Positions 8,750 through 17,209 of a stretch of DNA of 40,999 nt are shown here, one piece after another. Position 1 is the first letter of the stretch. The number at the start of each line of letters is the position of its first letter. Origin of the DNA: a virus; UHGV virus genome UHGV-1366019. One strand, written 5' to 3'. Made by a program: the position numbers and the translations under genes. The notes beneath the pieces were generated by a model. It saw only the letters and a list, made by a program, of their open reading frames with translations, had not been told where the DNA came from and did no database searches.

Positions 8750-9457
8750 ATGTCAGAAAAAACAAAATTAGTTATCGTGAGTGTAGAAGATTCAGAAATT
8801 TCAACTAAATTACAAGTTGCAAAATTAGACTATTCAGAAATGTATGACGCAGTAGCGTACAAACAACAATACAACAAAGACACAGAAGAATGGGAAGATT
8901 CAAAAGAAGCAACTAAAAAATATAAAGAAGCATTAGAAGTTGCTGGTGGCTCATTTGAAGAAGATAACGAAATTGAATTATTTGTTGATGAACAATCAGG
9001 CAAAGCATACTTTACAGAAGGTTCTGGCTTTATCAAAATTGAGAAACCACTAGTTAGCTTAAAACGTATTAAGAAAGCACCAATTGTTGCAATTCAAGAT
9101 TCACCTAAATGTCGTTCAGTAGTAATTGAACATAAAGGTAAGCACTACGCATTTAACTTTAATACAGGTGTATGGTTAGAAAAGAAAAAACAATTCATTC
9201 CAAACAAAGCAAAAATTGCAAAAGCAAAAGTACGCTTCAATGAAGTGTTTGAAGATGTTGGTGTGGATTGGGACAACGCAAAAGAAAAAGCAATTGGACT
9301 GGTTGTTGACGTAACAGTTAACAAAAACCAATTAGACACAACAAGCAACGTTGGCTGGTTAGAAGCTTTACCGCTTGACCCAGAGGACCAACCAGAACAA
9401 AAACCAGTGGTTGAAGGACATTCAATTGATATTAGTGACGATGATTTGCCATTCTAA
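8750..9457 (+). CDS. putative ssDNA-binding-like protein with SSB-type acidic C-terminal tip (DDDLPF)
   Basis: The C-terminus ...ISDDDLPF* matches the bacterial SSB interaction tip (DDDIPF). No canonical OB-fold SSB is seen elsewhere in the genome. Confidence 0.55.
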   Translation: MSEKTKLVIVSVEDSEISTKLQVAKLDYSEMYDAVAYKQQYNKDTEEWEDSKEATKKYKEALEVAGGSFEEDNEIELFVDEQSGKAYFTEGSGFIKIEKPLVSLKRIKKAPIVAIQDSPKCRSVVIEHKGKHYAFNFNTGVWLEKKKQFIPNKAKIAKAKVRFNEVFEDVGVDWDNAKEKAIGLVVDVTVNKNQLDTTSNVGWLEALPLDPEDQPEQKPVVEGHSIDISDDDLPF

Positions 9458-9465
9458 AAATAAAC

Positions 9466-9512
9466 AAACAAAACCCTTGACTTATGTTAGGGGTTTTGTT
9501 ATTATATACATA
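9466..9512 (+). terminator. hairpin terminator overlapping a TTGACT promoter
   Basis: aaaaccc-loop-ggggtttt followed by a T-rich tract. The loop carries TTGACT with TATTAT 17 nt downstream. Confidence 0.4.
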
Positions 9513-9527
9513 TAGGAGGGAATGACA

Positions 9528-9752
9528 ATGAAAAACACATTTAATGTAGGACAATATGTAGAACTTAAAAATGACAATCACAATGGTATTGGTAACAAAG
9601 GTGATAAAGTATATATCTTGGCAAAGGTATTTAAGCCTATTGATGGTGTAGAACTTATCTGTAGGTTTGCAAATGGTGCCACAGAAGGTTTCTTACAACG
9701 TGAGTTGAAATTAGCAACAAAAACACTTGACAGAATCACATTAATAAAGTAA
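9528..9752 (+). CDS. hypothetical protein (~74 aa)
   Basis: The track start 9522 is only 1 nt after the RBS. ATG 9528 has a proper spacer. Confidence 0.55.
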   Translation: MKNTFNVGQYVELKNDNHNGIGNKGDKVYILAKVFKPIDGVELICRFANGATEGFLQRELKLATKTLDRITLIK

Positions 9753-9787
9753 GATAGTAATATAAACAAATTGGAGGAATTAAATAT

Positions 9788-12079
9788 ATGAAGAACATTG
9801 CAGAATTTAAAAAGGCACCAGAACTAGCTGAAAAATTATTGGAGGTATTCAGCAATTTAAAAGGTAATTCACGAAGTCTTGACCCAATGAGAGCTGGTCA
9901 ACATGACGTGGTTGTTATTGAATCTACCAAAAAGTTATCAGCAAAAGGAAAAGAAATGAAAGTAGTTAAAATGCGTTCATTAGAAGATGGTAGGGACGTT
10001 ACAAGCTACATCATGAAGTTTCGCAAATATGACTGGGACAAATGGAAAAATGTTGAAGTTGGTGACCGTTTATTGATTGATTTGAAGTTTAGCAATGGTT
10101 TTGCTACAGTCAAACCTATTAGAAGTATATCAAAAGGTAATGAAACACCATTTAAACCAAGTGAAGCATTAACAAAACAAACCATTTTACTATTTGATAT
10201 TGAGATTTTTAAACATGATAGCTTATTTGTATTTCGTGATTACTTTACCAAAGAATGGTTTATCATCAATAATGACCTTGAAGAATTGCGCAAGTTTTAC
10301 CTTGAATACCGTGATAGTATGTTCATTGGGTATAATAATGCGTCATATGACAACAATGTAATGCGTGGCTATTTACAAGGCAAAAATGCTTATCAGATGT
10401 CTAAAACAATTATTGAATCAGATAATAGAGGTCTAGTTTACAAGATGTTTGATAGTCATAAAACACCATTATTTGGAATGGACCTATATCAAGATAACAA
10501 AGGTTTTAGCTTAAAAGAACATTCCGCATTTTTAGGTATCAACATTAAAGAAACAGAAGTAGATTTTGACATGGATAGACCATTGACAGATGAAGAAAAA
10601 GAGAAAAACATTGCATACTGTATGAATGATGTGTTAGCAACTGAAAAACGTTTTGAACAAAATATTGGTATGTTATTGGCTAAAGCAACCATTGCTTTAA
10701 TGTTTGATATGGATAAGACAGACCTATTACAAACCAATGCTAACTTAACAGCTAAGTTACTTGGTGCAACTAAACAAGAAGTTAGACCAGACTTGACAGA
10801 CCCATTAGAGTTAGACAAACGATTAAATATCAATACAAAAGAAATTGCAGAAGCATACCTGAACCATGAGTTTGAACTAAATGAAGATGGTAAATTGAAC
10901 GTGTCATTAGAGTACACGGACGAAGATGGATATACAATGATTTTTGGTAGTGGTGGTGTACATGGTGCTAAAGCTAGTTACATTCACATTGGAATGTTCC
11001 CAATGCGTGACTGGGGCTCGCTATATCCTAACACAATGGAACAATTTAACTTACTATCAAGAAATATTCCAAAGGATAAGATTCACCGCTACGGTGACTT
11101 ACTAAAGCAACGCATGGACGCTAAGTATTCAGGTGAAGAAGTGGCAAATATTAAAGGTGTAGAAGTACCAACATATGTAATGATTAACGGTATCAAGTTA
11201 CCATTGAACACTAAGTTTGGTGCCACTGGTGCGCAGTTTAATGGTTTGTATGACCCAAGAAACCAATTCTTAGTTTGTGCAACTGGTCAATTAATTATGA
11301 CAAACATGTATGAATTAATTAAAGGTAAAGCACAGTTTATTCAATCAAATACGGACGCACACGCATATATTCCAAACAGTGAAGCAGATGACAAAGCTAT
11401 TGATGAAGCATTAGATGAATTTGCTAACAAGATTGGACTTACACTAGATAAGGACATGTTTCGTGAAATTTGGCAAAAAGATGTAAACAACTACATTGCG
11501 GTACAACCAAATGGAAAAGTAAAAGTAAAAGGTGCTATTGGCTTAACTGGTGGTATGAAAGTGTCAAAAGCGATTGTATCAAATGCGTTCATTAATTATC
11601 TGGTAGCTGGTAAAGATTATAAAGAGTTTATCAATGAATGTAATGAACTAAGACAGTTTCAAATTATTACTAAAACAGGTTGGACATTTGATAGAACGGT
11701 TGCACGTGATAATGAAGGTAATGAGTTCAACGCACAAAAGGTTAACCGTGTATTCGCAGTAAAAGACAAAACTAATGCAGTAGAATTGTTTAAGGTCAAA
11801 GAAGGTCAATTATTAGATATTGAAGCTGATGAATTTAAAGATAACATTTCATATACAAAAGGATTGGCAAACGCACCAGAGTACTACACAATCAGTAATG
11901 AAGCGATTGGCGAAGGTATTACAATTGATGAAGTTGACAAACAATACTATATTGACCAAGTAGAAGATACGCTAGAGTTATGGTTTGGTGAGAACTGGAA
12001 AGAACGTATTGAACAAGCACATCATGAACGAGAATTACAAGGATTCAAACCAGTGGAAGTTAAAAATTATATTGACTAA
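9788..12079 (+). CDS. DNA polymerase, family-B type, with N-terminal DnaQ-like 3'-5' exonuclease
   Basis: Exonuclease motifs FDIE, YNNASYD and YCMNDV. Polymerase motif A D..SLYPN and a TDS-like motif C (QSNTDAHAY). 763 aa. Confidence 0.7.
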   Translation: MKNIAEFKKAPELAEKLLEVFSNLKGNSRSLDPMRAGQHDVVVIESTKKLSAKGKEMKVVKMRSLEDGRDVTSYIMKFRKYDWDKWKNVEVGDRLLIDLKFSNGFATVKPIRSISKGNETPFKPSEALTKQTILLFDIEIFKHDSLFVFRDYFTKEWFIINNDLEELRKFYLEYRDSMFIGYNNASYDNNVMRGYLQGKNAYQMSKTIIESDNRGLVYKMFDSHKTPLFGMDLYQDNKGFSLKEHSAFLGINIKETEVDFDMDRPLTDEEKEKNIAYCMNDVLATEKRFEQNIGMLLAKATIALMFDMDKTDLLQTNANLTAKLLGATKQEVRPDLTDPLELDKRLNINTKEIAEAYLNHEFELNEDGKLNVSLEYTDEDGYTMIFGSGGVHGAKASYIHIGMFPMRDWGSLYPNTMEQFNLLSRNIPKDKIHRYGDLLKQRMDAKYSGEEVANIKGVEVPTYVMINGIKLPLNTKFGATGAQFNGLYDPRNQFLVCATGQLIMTNMYELIKGKAQFIQSNTDAHAYIPNSEADDKAIDEALDEFANKIGLTLDKDMFREIWQKDVNNYIAVQPNGKVKVKGAIGLTGGMKVSKAIVSNAFINYLVAGKDYKEFINECNELRQFQIITKTGWTFDRTVARDNEGNEFNAQKVNRVFAVKDKTNAVELFKVKEGQLLDIEADEFKDNISYTKGLANAPEYYTISNEAIGEGITIDEVDKQYYIDQVEDTLELWFGENWKERIEQAHHERELQGFKPVEVKNYID

Positions 12080-12084
12080 AGTAT

Positions 12085-12122
12085 TGACAAACGATAGGTA
12101 AGGTGATATACTTTACCTATCA
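12085..12122 (+). promoter_or_regulatory. promoter TTGACA-N18-TATACT with overlapping 9-bp palindrome gataggtaa/ttacctatc
   Basis: Perfect inverted repeat 12094-12102/12114-12122 across the -10. A second TTGACT lies 13 nt upstream. Confidence 0.45.
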
Positions 12123-12141
12123 ACTATTAGGAGGAATTTAA

Positions 12142-12738
12142 ATGAACCCACTTGAAGTTAAAAGTGTAAAGGAATATAATGTTTTACCAGTACCACGAAA
12201 TGTAATTAGAAATTTTATTGAAGAATGGCATTACACACACTCTATAAATGGTCTACAATCATCATACTGTTTTGGGTTGTATTGTGGTGATGAATTAATT
12301 GGTGCTATGATTTATGGTGGCTTAGGTATGGCAAATGTTTGGAAGAAATACGGTGAAACCAAGGAGGAAGTTTTGGAACTTCGTAGACTATGTTTGATTG
12401 ATGATACCAAGCGTAACGCGGAATCATATTTCATTGGTAAGACGCTAAAATGGTTACGTAAGAATACAAACGTTAAAACTATTGTAAGCTATGCAGACCC
12501 TAACCATGGTCATGAGGGTATTATTTACAAAGCAACGAACTTCACGTTAGTAGGAAAGACAACTAAAACTAAAGTTATAAAATATGGTGATAAAATCTAT
12601 CATGATAAAGCAATAAGAACGAAATACAAAGGTGAATTGAAACCATTTGCGCAACGATTAGTTAATGCTTTAAACAGTGGTGAAGCTTATTATATTGAAC
12701 AAGAACCTAAAAATATTTATGTAAAGGAATTGATTTAA
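12142..12738 (+). CDS. conserved hypothetical protein (possible GNAT/Mom-like fold, uncertain)
   Basis: 198 aa. Motifs EWHYTHS...LIGAMIYGG and VSYADPNHGHEGIIYKATNF. Confidence 0.6.
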   Translation: MNPLEVKSVKEYNVLPVPRNVIRNFIEEWHYTHSINGLQSSYCFGLYCGDELIGAMIYGGLGMANVWKKYGETKEEVLELRRLCLIDDTKRNAESYFIGKTLKWLRKNTNVKTIVSYADPNHGHEGIIYKATNFTLVGKTTKTKVIKYGDKIYHDKAIRTKYKGELKPFAQRLVNALNSGEAYYIEQEPKNIYVKELI

Positions 12739-12969
12739 ATGATTACAGTATATACTAAAAACAATTGCATGCCTTGCAAAATGACAAAACGCAAACTACA
12801 AGAATTAGGTGTTAACTATAAAGAAATTAATGTAGATGAAAATTTGGAAGCATTAGAATTTTTAATGGAATACGGGTTTCGTTCTTTACCAGTTGTGTTC
12901 AATGAAAATGGCGCACCTATGGTAACAGGTGGATATGCACCAAATATCTTAGAAACCATTGTTTCATAG
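12739..12969 (+). CDS. nrdH: NrdH-like glutaredoxin
   Basis: 76 aa. The CMPC active site sits at the N-terminus of a thioredoxin-fold-sized protein with a GG motif near the C-terminus. Confidence 0.8.
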   Translation: MITVYTKNNCMPCKMTKRKLQELGVNYKEINVDENLEALEFLMEYGFRSLPVVFNENGAPMVTGGYAPNILETIVS

Positions 12970-13060
12970 GACGATTCTAAGCACGTTTCAGATTCAAAGT
13001 AAGGTGATTATACATTAAAACGCAAATAAAGACACCCTATATTGGGTGTCTTTTTGTTTT
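12965..13060. repeat. direct repeat copy 1 (~96 bp) flanking the lysis cassette
   Basis: ~95% identical to 14735..14830. Includes the last 2 codons plus stop of nrdH and the terminator hairpin. Confidence 0.85.
13030..13060 (+). terminator. rho-independent terminator (shared by convergent nrdH and endolysin transcripts)
   Basis: agacaccc-tatatt-gggtgtct followed by ttttgtttt. Confidence 0.7.
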
Positions 13061-14156
13061 ATACTAATGTACCCCACGTGTTGTTAGGGTCTCCGTCATT
13101 TGGTCCAATTGGTAAGTAGATACGTGTGCCATTAGTGTCTGTTCCACCAATCCATACATAACCGTCACCAACTGTGATTTCATCATACTTGAATACTGCA
13201 CCTTGTTTCCATGTTCCGTATACTGGGGCATATACGCTTGGTCGTCCACTACGTAAAACAATAGCGTCAACACCAATTGTAAACTGATTAACTGGTTTAC
13301 TTGGTTTTGGTGGGAACTTAGTGTTAAGGTCCTCTAAGTCGCCAGCGTTAGCATATGTTACAAATTTACCACTGTTTTCAATCTTGTAAGGATTGACTGC
13401 ACCTTGTTTCACTTCTGTAATTGTACCAACTTGTGTCCAAAGACTTGCACCAGCTACGAATGGTACCACTGGTCCATTGTGTGACTTGTGACCATTATAA
13501 ATGTAAACATTTTGTCCTTTTTTGAATGTCTTTGGTTTGCTTGGTGTTGGTTTTACTGATTCACCAGATACCCCATTGGCTAAGTCTTTAGCAAGTTGCG
13601 CTTTACTGATTCCCATTTCTGCTAAGTAACCATATGGGTCTGTGTGGTCACCCCATACATAATCTGATACCCATTTATGAGAGATAACACCTTTTTCCCA
13701 AACAGAAGAACCTTGGTCAAGTGTCATAGGAATTCCAAACTTTTTGCCCATGTCTCTTGTATAATCAATGTATGCCTTATAGTTCTTTTTGAACAATTCC
13801 TTATCATGTGTATGTTGCAACTCAATTTGAATAGGTGCGTAGGGGTTTGCGTTACCAGCACCCCATGAAATGTTACCTTCTGGTGCAATCTTATAAACAA
13901 TTCCGCCATCGCCAATGATAGCTGTTGTATGTGCATTAAACCAGTTGTTTTTCATGTACGTTGCTTCATTTCGTCCTGTGGCACGTTCATTAGCAGTTTC
14001 ATGTAAGATAATCTTATTAGGTAGTGCAACCTGTCCTGAACCTTCCCAATGGCTTAAATTGAACTCGTTATTAACTTCATATGCGTTAGCTGTTTGCATT
14101 CCAGCAAACAAACCAATGGTTGCTAATGCACCAAATAAAATACCTTTTAATTTCAT
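13059..14156 (-). CDS. endolysin: N-acetylmuramoyl-L-alanine amidase (Amidase_2/PGRP) with signal peptide and C-terminal SH3b-type repeats
   Basis: MKLKGILFGALATIGLFAGMQTANA is a signal peptide. The amidase_2 core follows. Two repeats with W/Y/G pattern sit after the PSKPK linkers. Confidence 0.8.
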   Translation of the reverse strand: MKLKGILFGALATIGLFAGMQTANAYEVNNEFNLSHWEGSGQVALPNKIILHETANERATGRNEATYMKNNWFNAHTTAIIGDGGIVYKIAPEGNISWGAGNANPYAPIQIELQHTHDKELFKKNYKAYIDYTRDMGKKFGIPMTLDQGSSVWEKGVISHKWVSDYVWGDHTDPYGYLAEMGISKAQLAKDLANGVSGESVKPTPSKPKTFKKGQNVYIYNGHKSHNGPVVPFVAGASLWTQVGTITEVKQGAVNPYKIENSGKFVTYANAGDLEDLNTKFPPKPSKPVNQFTIGVDAIVLRSGRPSVYAPVYGTWKQGAVFKYDEITVGDGYVWIGGTDTNGTRIYLPIGPNDGDPNNTWGTLV

Positions 14157-14158
14157 AC

Positions 14159-14394
14159 TTATTTATCCTCCTTATTGTCTTTAATACCTTTTGTGGTTGG
14201 GTCTATAACTACCCCTAAAATACTTAACACAACGAATACCGCATTAACCACGTCAATTAGTTGTTGGCTCAAACCAGTTAGGTTTGATAAGTCTAATCCA
14301 AAAATGTTTCCCACAACTTGAATCAGAACAATTACTGCTGGAATTAAAGCAATCCAGAACGCTTTGTTTTTAATACGTGTTTTCCAATCCATTT
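14159..14394 (-). CDS. holin (phi-LC3/LL-H-like family)
   Basis: MDWKTRIKNKAFWIALIPAVIVLIQ...VVLSILGVVIDPTTKG. ATG 14392 follows the RBS aaggagag; the longer track ORF (14476) has no RBS. Confidence 0.7.
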
Positions 14395-14406
14395 TTAACA
14401 CTCTCC

Positions 14407-14652
14407 TTATAATATAGTTATAATAGCACCAATAACAGCAACAATAATTGCTCCTGATACTGTGCGTGTTAGCCAAGTTAAACGGTCATTTATACTAGCA
14501 ATGTCTTTCTCATTTTGAATTGAACGATGATGGGTTTCACTCAATAAATTATTGTTTGCCTTTAATTCATTTTTCAAATCTGGAATACCTTCCAAGTTTG
14601 ATTCAATTCTAGCTAGTTGCACTTTTATTTCCATAAAGTCCTTATCTTCCAT
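14407..14652 (-). CDS. xhlA: XhlA-like lysis-associated membrane protein
   Basis: N-terminal coiled coil (RIESNLEG...RLTWL) plus a C-terminal TM segment (GAIIVAVIGAIITIL), as in PBSX XhlA. Lies upstream of the holin. Confidence 0.55.
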   Translation of the reverse strand: MEDKDFMEIKVQLARIESNLEGIPDLKNELKANNNLLSETHHRSIQNEKDIASINDRLTWLTRTVSGAIIVAVIGAIITIL

Positions 14653-14734
14653 GCCTACATCTCCCTATCTTATTATAATCACCGCCTTTCAGCTACTATT
14701 ATAGTATAGCATTTAAATAAGGGAAATAGTGTGC

Positions 14735-14830
14735 TTCATAGGACGATTCTAAGCGTTTTTCATATTCAAAGTAAGGTGATTATACATTAAAACGCAAATA
14801 AAGACACCCTATATTGGGTGCCTTTTTGTT
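14735..14830. repeat. direct repeat copy 2 (~96 bp), includes a terminator hairpin after the Tal gene
   Basis: Starts with the relic ttcatag and ends in the hairpin agacaccc/gggtgcct plus T-run, overlapping the Tal stop. Confidence 0.85.
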
Positions 14831-17198
14831 ATCCAATTGGGAATAGCTCTTCTAACTGCACGTTTACTAAACGCATTGCCATCAGATTATTTCTATTTGC
14901 TCGTAGTTCTAAAACAAGACCAAACCATTGTCCAGCTTTTACATCAATTACAACGGTAGCTGTACCAATCCATTGTAATAACACTGCACGACTGTCTCCA
15001 GTACCAAGTGCCGAAGCAACTAATACACCCCCACTTGTTGTTTTTAATTCATTATAACTGTTTCTTACTTGCATTTTTGCATAAGCGTAGTCTGTATCAC
15101 TAGCTGAACCACTACCCTGCATAAGTACGGTTCCTTGAAATTTAATTTTTGCGTCCCGTTGTGCTTGGAATGCATCTCTTGCTGTATTGGCTTGGACTAA
15201 GCCATTTAATGCACTAACAGTTGTATTGAACCCAAGAGCCTGTAAACTTCCAAATTTAAATAGGTCTGTACTCTTTGCATTAGTAACGTTTGTCCCTTCC
15301 CCCCATGCTGAAATGTTTGGACTGTGACCATTAACTTTTATTAGACCACCTGAAAGCTCTGTGGTACCTGTCAATGTGGCTGGGTTGCTACCTTCTTTAG
15401 TTGTTGTTACAAAGCTAAGTCCTCTAGGTTCTAATGTTGCCTGTTGGTTTATTTCAGTATTCGCAGTTGTATAGTCAAGTTCATTTAGGTAAACTCTGTT
15501 TGCTGATAATAAACCATTTGACTTGCGTTCTATTTTAGTACCTGTTGCAATATCATAGTTATTTATGGTGTTTAGTACTTGACCATATTGTATTTTTGTT
15601 GTTTCCTCTGTTCTAAGTTTTTCTAGTGTTGAACCTGTAGTGATAATAAATGTATCGTTATCCTGTATAATAGCCCCATTTTCAATCACTGTTGTTCCTT
15701 GCCTACGTGCTTGACCACCGTTGATAGGTTCTGTTATATTCCATGTGTTGATAAATTCAGAACCATTGATTGTTGAACCATTGATGTTTACTGCGTTAAG
15801 TGTTTCAATGTTCAGCACAGATTGGTCAATTGTTTGTTCTTGCCACGCACCATCTTTATACACCTTGTATGCTGTTACCATAACATCGCCTGTTGTTGGT
15901 GTATCAGCTACTGCATTTAAACGTAATAAACGAGTTTCAGGTACTGCTGGTGCAACTGGTTCTTGTACCCACCAAATATCATTTTCTTTTGGTGTTGCTG
16001 GCTCTTCCTGTTGAACAAACACTTGCGGTACACTATTGAACATTTGTTCTGTTTTATTGTTTATGTTTATTTGAATTTCTCGCAGTTGTTCAGCAATTCC
16101 AGATTCTAAACGTACAAAATCAGATAAGACTGCTTCACACGTATTTGATTCATAACGAAATGTCAATTGTTGAACACGTGAACTAAGATATAGTTTTTCG
16201 TTTTCGTCAACTAATTCAACGGTATCGCCTACCTGTAAAATATCAGGAATGTTTGCAATATCAACAATGTAATTCGTTATTGGTTGGCTGTATTTTTTAA
16301 GATGTGAAACCACGTTATTTACTAGTGTTGTTTTGTTTGTTGTTTCCCACTGTTTGTGTTGTAAGAAGTAATGTGAGTTAGTATTATCTCTTGACCATTG
16401 CTTAATGTTCTGCGTATCACGTATAACACCATCGCTTTTATTTAATACAAACCGCCCTTCTGGGTCCGTCCATGTGAACCCTTTTAAGTTAATAGGTTGG
16501 TCCTTACCTTCCTCTGTACCGCCTGTAGCATAGATAGCATTCACAAGTTGGTATATATCTTCTTCAACTACAATTGAATGAATGTCTTTATTTACATACA
16601 TTCTGTGAAAATCAGTTGTACCACGTTTTTTCTTAATATCAATATAACGTTGACTTAGTTGGTTTCCAATAAATTCAAATCTAAACTCTATTTCTGCATT
16701 GTCAAATTGGGTTGCAACTGATTGGATACGCTCTAATGCTGTTGCTTCACCTTCCCATTCAAGTTTACGTGTTAGTTTTGAAATTTCATTAAGACCAATC
16801 TTGAAACCACTGTCATACGTAAAGCGTTCAATGTAATGCGCAACATTATATGCTTTGTCTGCTTTGTAGTCACTTACTGTTTCATTTAATAAGTCCAGTC
16901 CAGCGTCCTCACATTCTAATGTTCTAACCTGTGTCAGTGGATTGTGTGTTGATTTTAAAATAGTCATCCACTCATGTTTACCATTTAGGTCAATGTATAA
17001 AACGTAGTTACCTACCTTGAAAAACTCTTTAGCTTTATCTGTTGTTTCAGGTGTGAAGCTTATTTCCATTGTCATTCTACGTGAAGATGTTTCAAGAGTA
17101 GAAACATCTTCCGCAGAAATTACCTTAAAAATTGTATTACCTGTTGTGCTTACAACCGTTTCTAGTTTAAAATTGCGGTCTGTGATATAAAAGTCCAT
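14829..17198 (-). CDS. tail-associated protein Tal / tail fibre (Prophage_tail-like N-terminus, C-terminal receptor-binding region)
   Basis: 789 aa, immediately downstream of Dit. N-terminus is similar to Tal (gp27-like). Confidence 0.6.
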   Translation of the reverse strand: MDFYITDRNFKLETVVSTTGNTIFKVISAEDVSTLETSSRRMTMEISFTPETTDKAKEFFKVGNYVLYIDLNGKHEWMTILKSTHNPLTQVRTLECEDAGLDLLNETVSDYKADKAYNVAHYIERFTYDSGFKIGLNEISKLTRKLEWEGEATALERIQSVATQFDNAEIEFRFEFIGNQLSQRYIDIKKKRGTTDFHRMYVNKDIHSIVVEEDIYQLVNAIYATGGTEEGKDQPINLKGFTWTDPEGRFVLNKSDGVIRDTQNIKQWSRDNTNSHYFLQHKQWETTNKTTLVNNVVSHLKKYSQPITNYIVDIANIPDILQVGDTVELVDENEKLYLSSRVQQLTFRYESNTCEAVLSDFVRLESGIAEQLREIQININNKTEQMFNSVPQVFVQQEEPATPKENDIWWVQEPVAPAVPETRLLRLNAVADTPTTGDVMVTAYKVYKDGAWQEQTIDQSVLNIETLNAVNINGSTINGSEFINTWNITEPINGGQARRQGTTVIENGAIIQDNDTFIITTGSTLEKLRTEETTKIQYGQVLNTINNYDIATGTKIERKSNGLLSANRVYLNELDYTTANTEINQQATLEPRGLSFVTTTKEGSNPATLTGTTELSGGLIKVNGHSPNISAWGEGTNVTNAKSTDLFKFGSLQALGFNTTVSALNGLVQANTARDAFQAQRDAKIKFQGTVLMQGSGSASDTDYAYAKMQVRNSYNELKTTSGGVLVASALGTGDSRAVLLQWIGTATVVIDVKAGQWFGLVLELRANRNNLMAMRLVNVQLEELFPIG

Positions 17199-17209
17199 TT
17201 AGATTCCTC

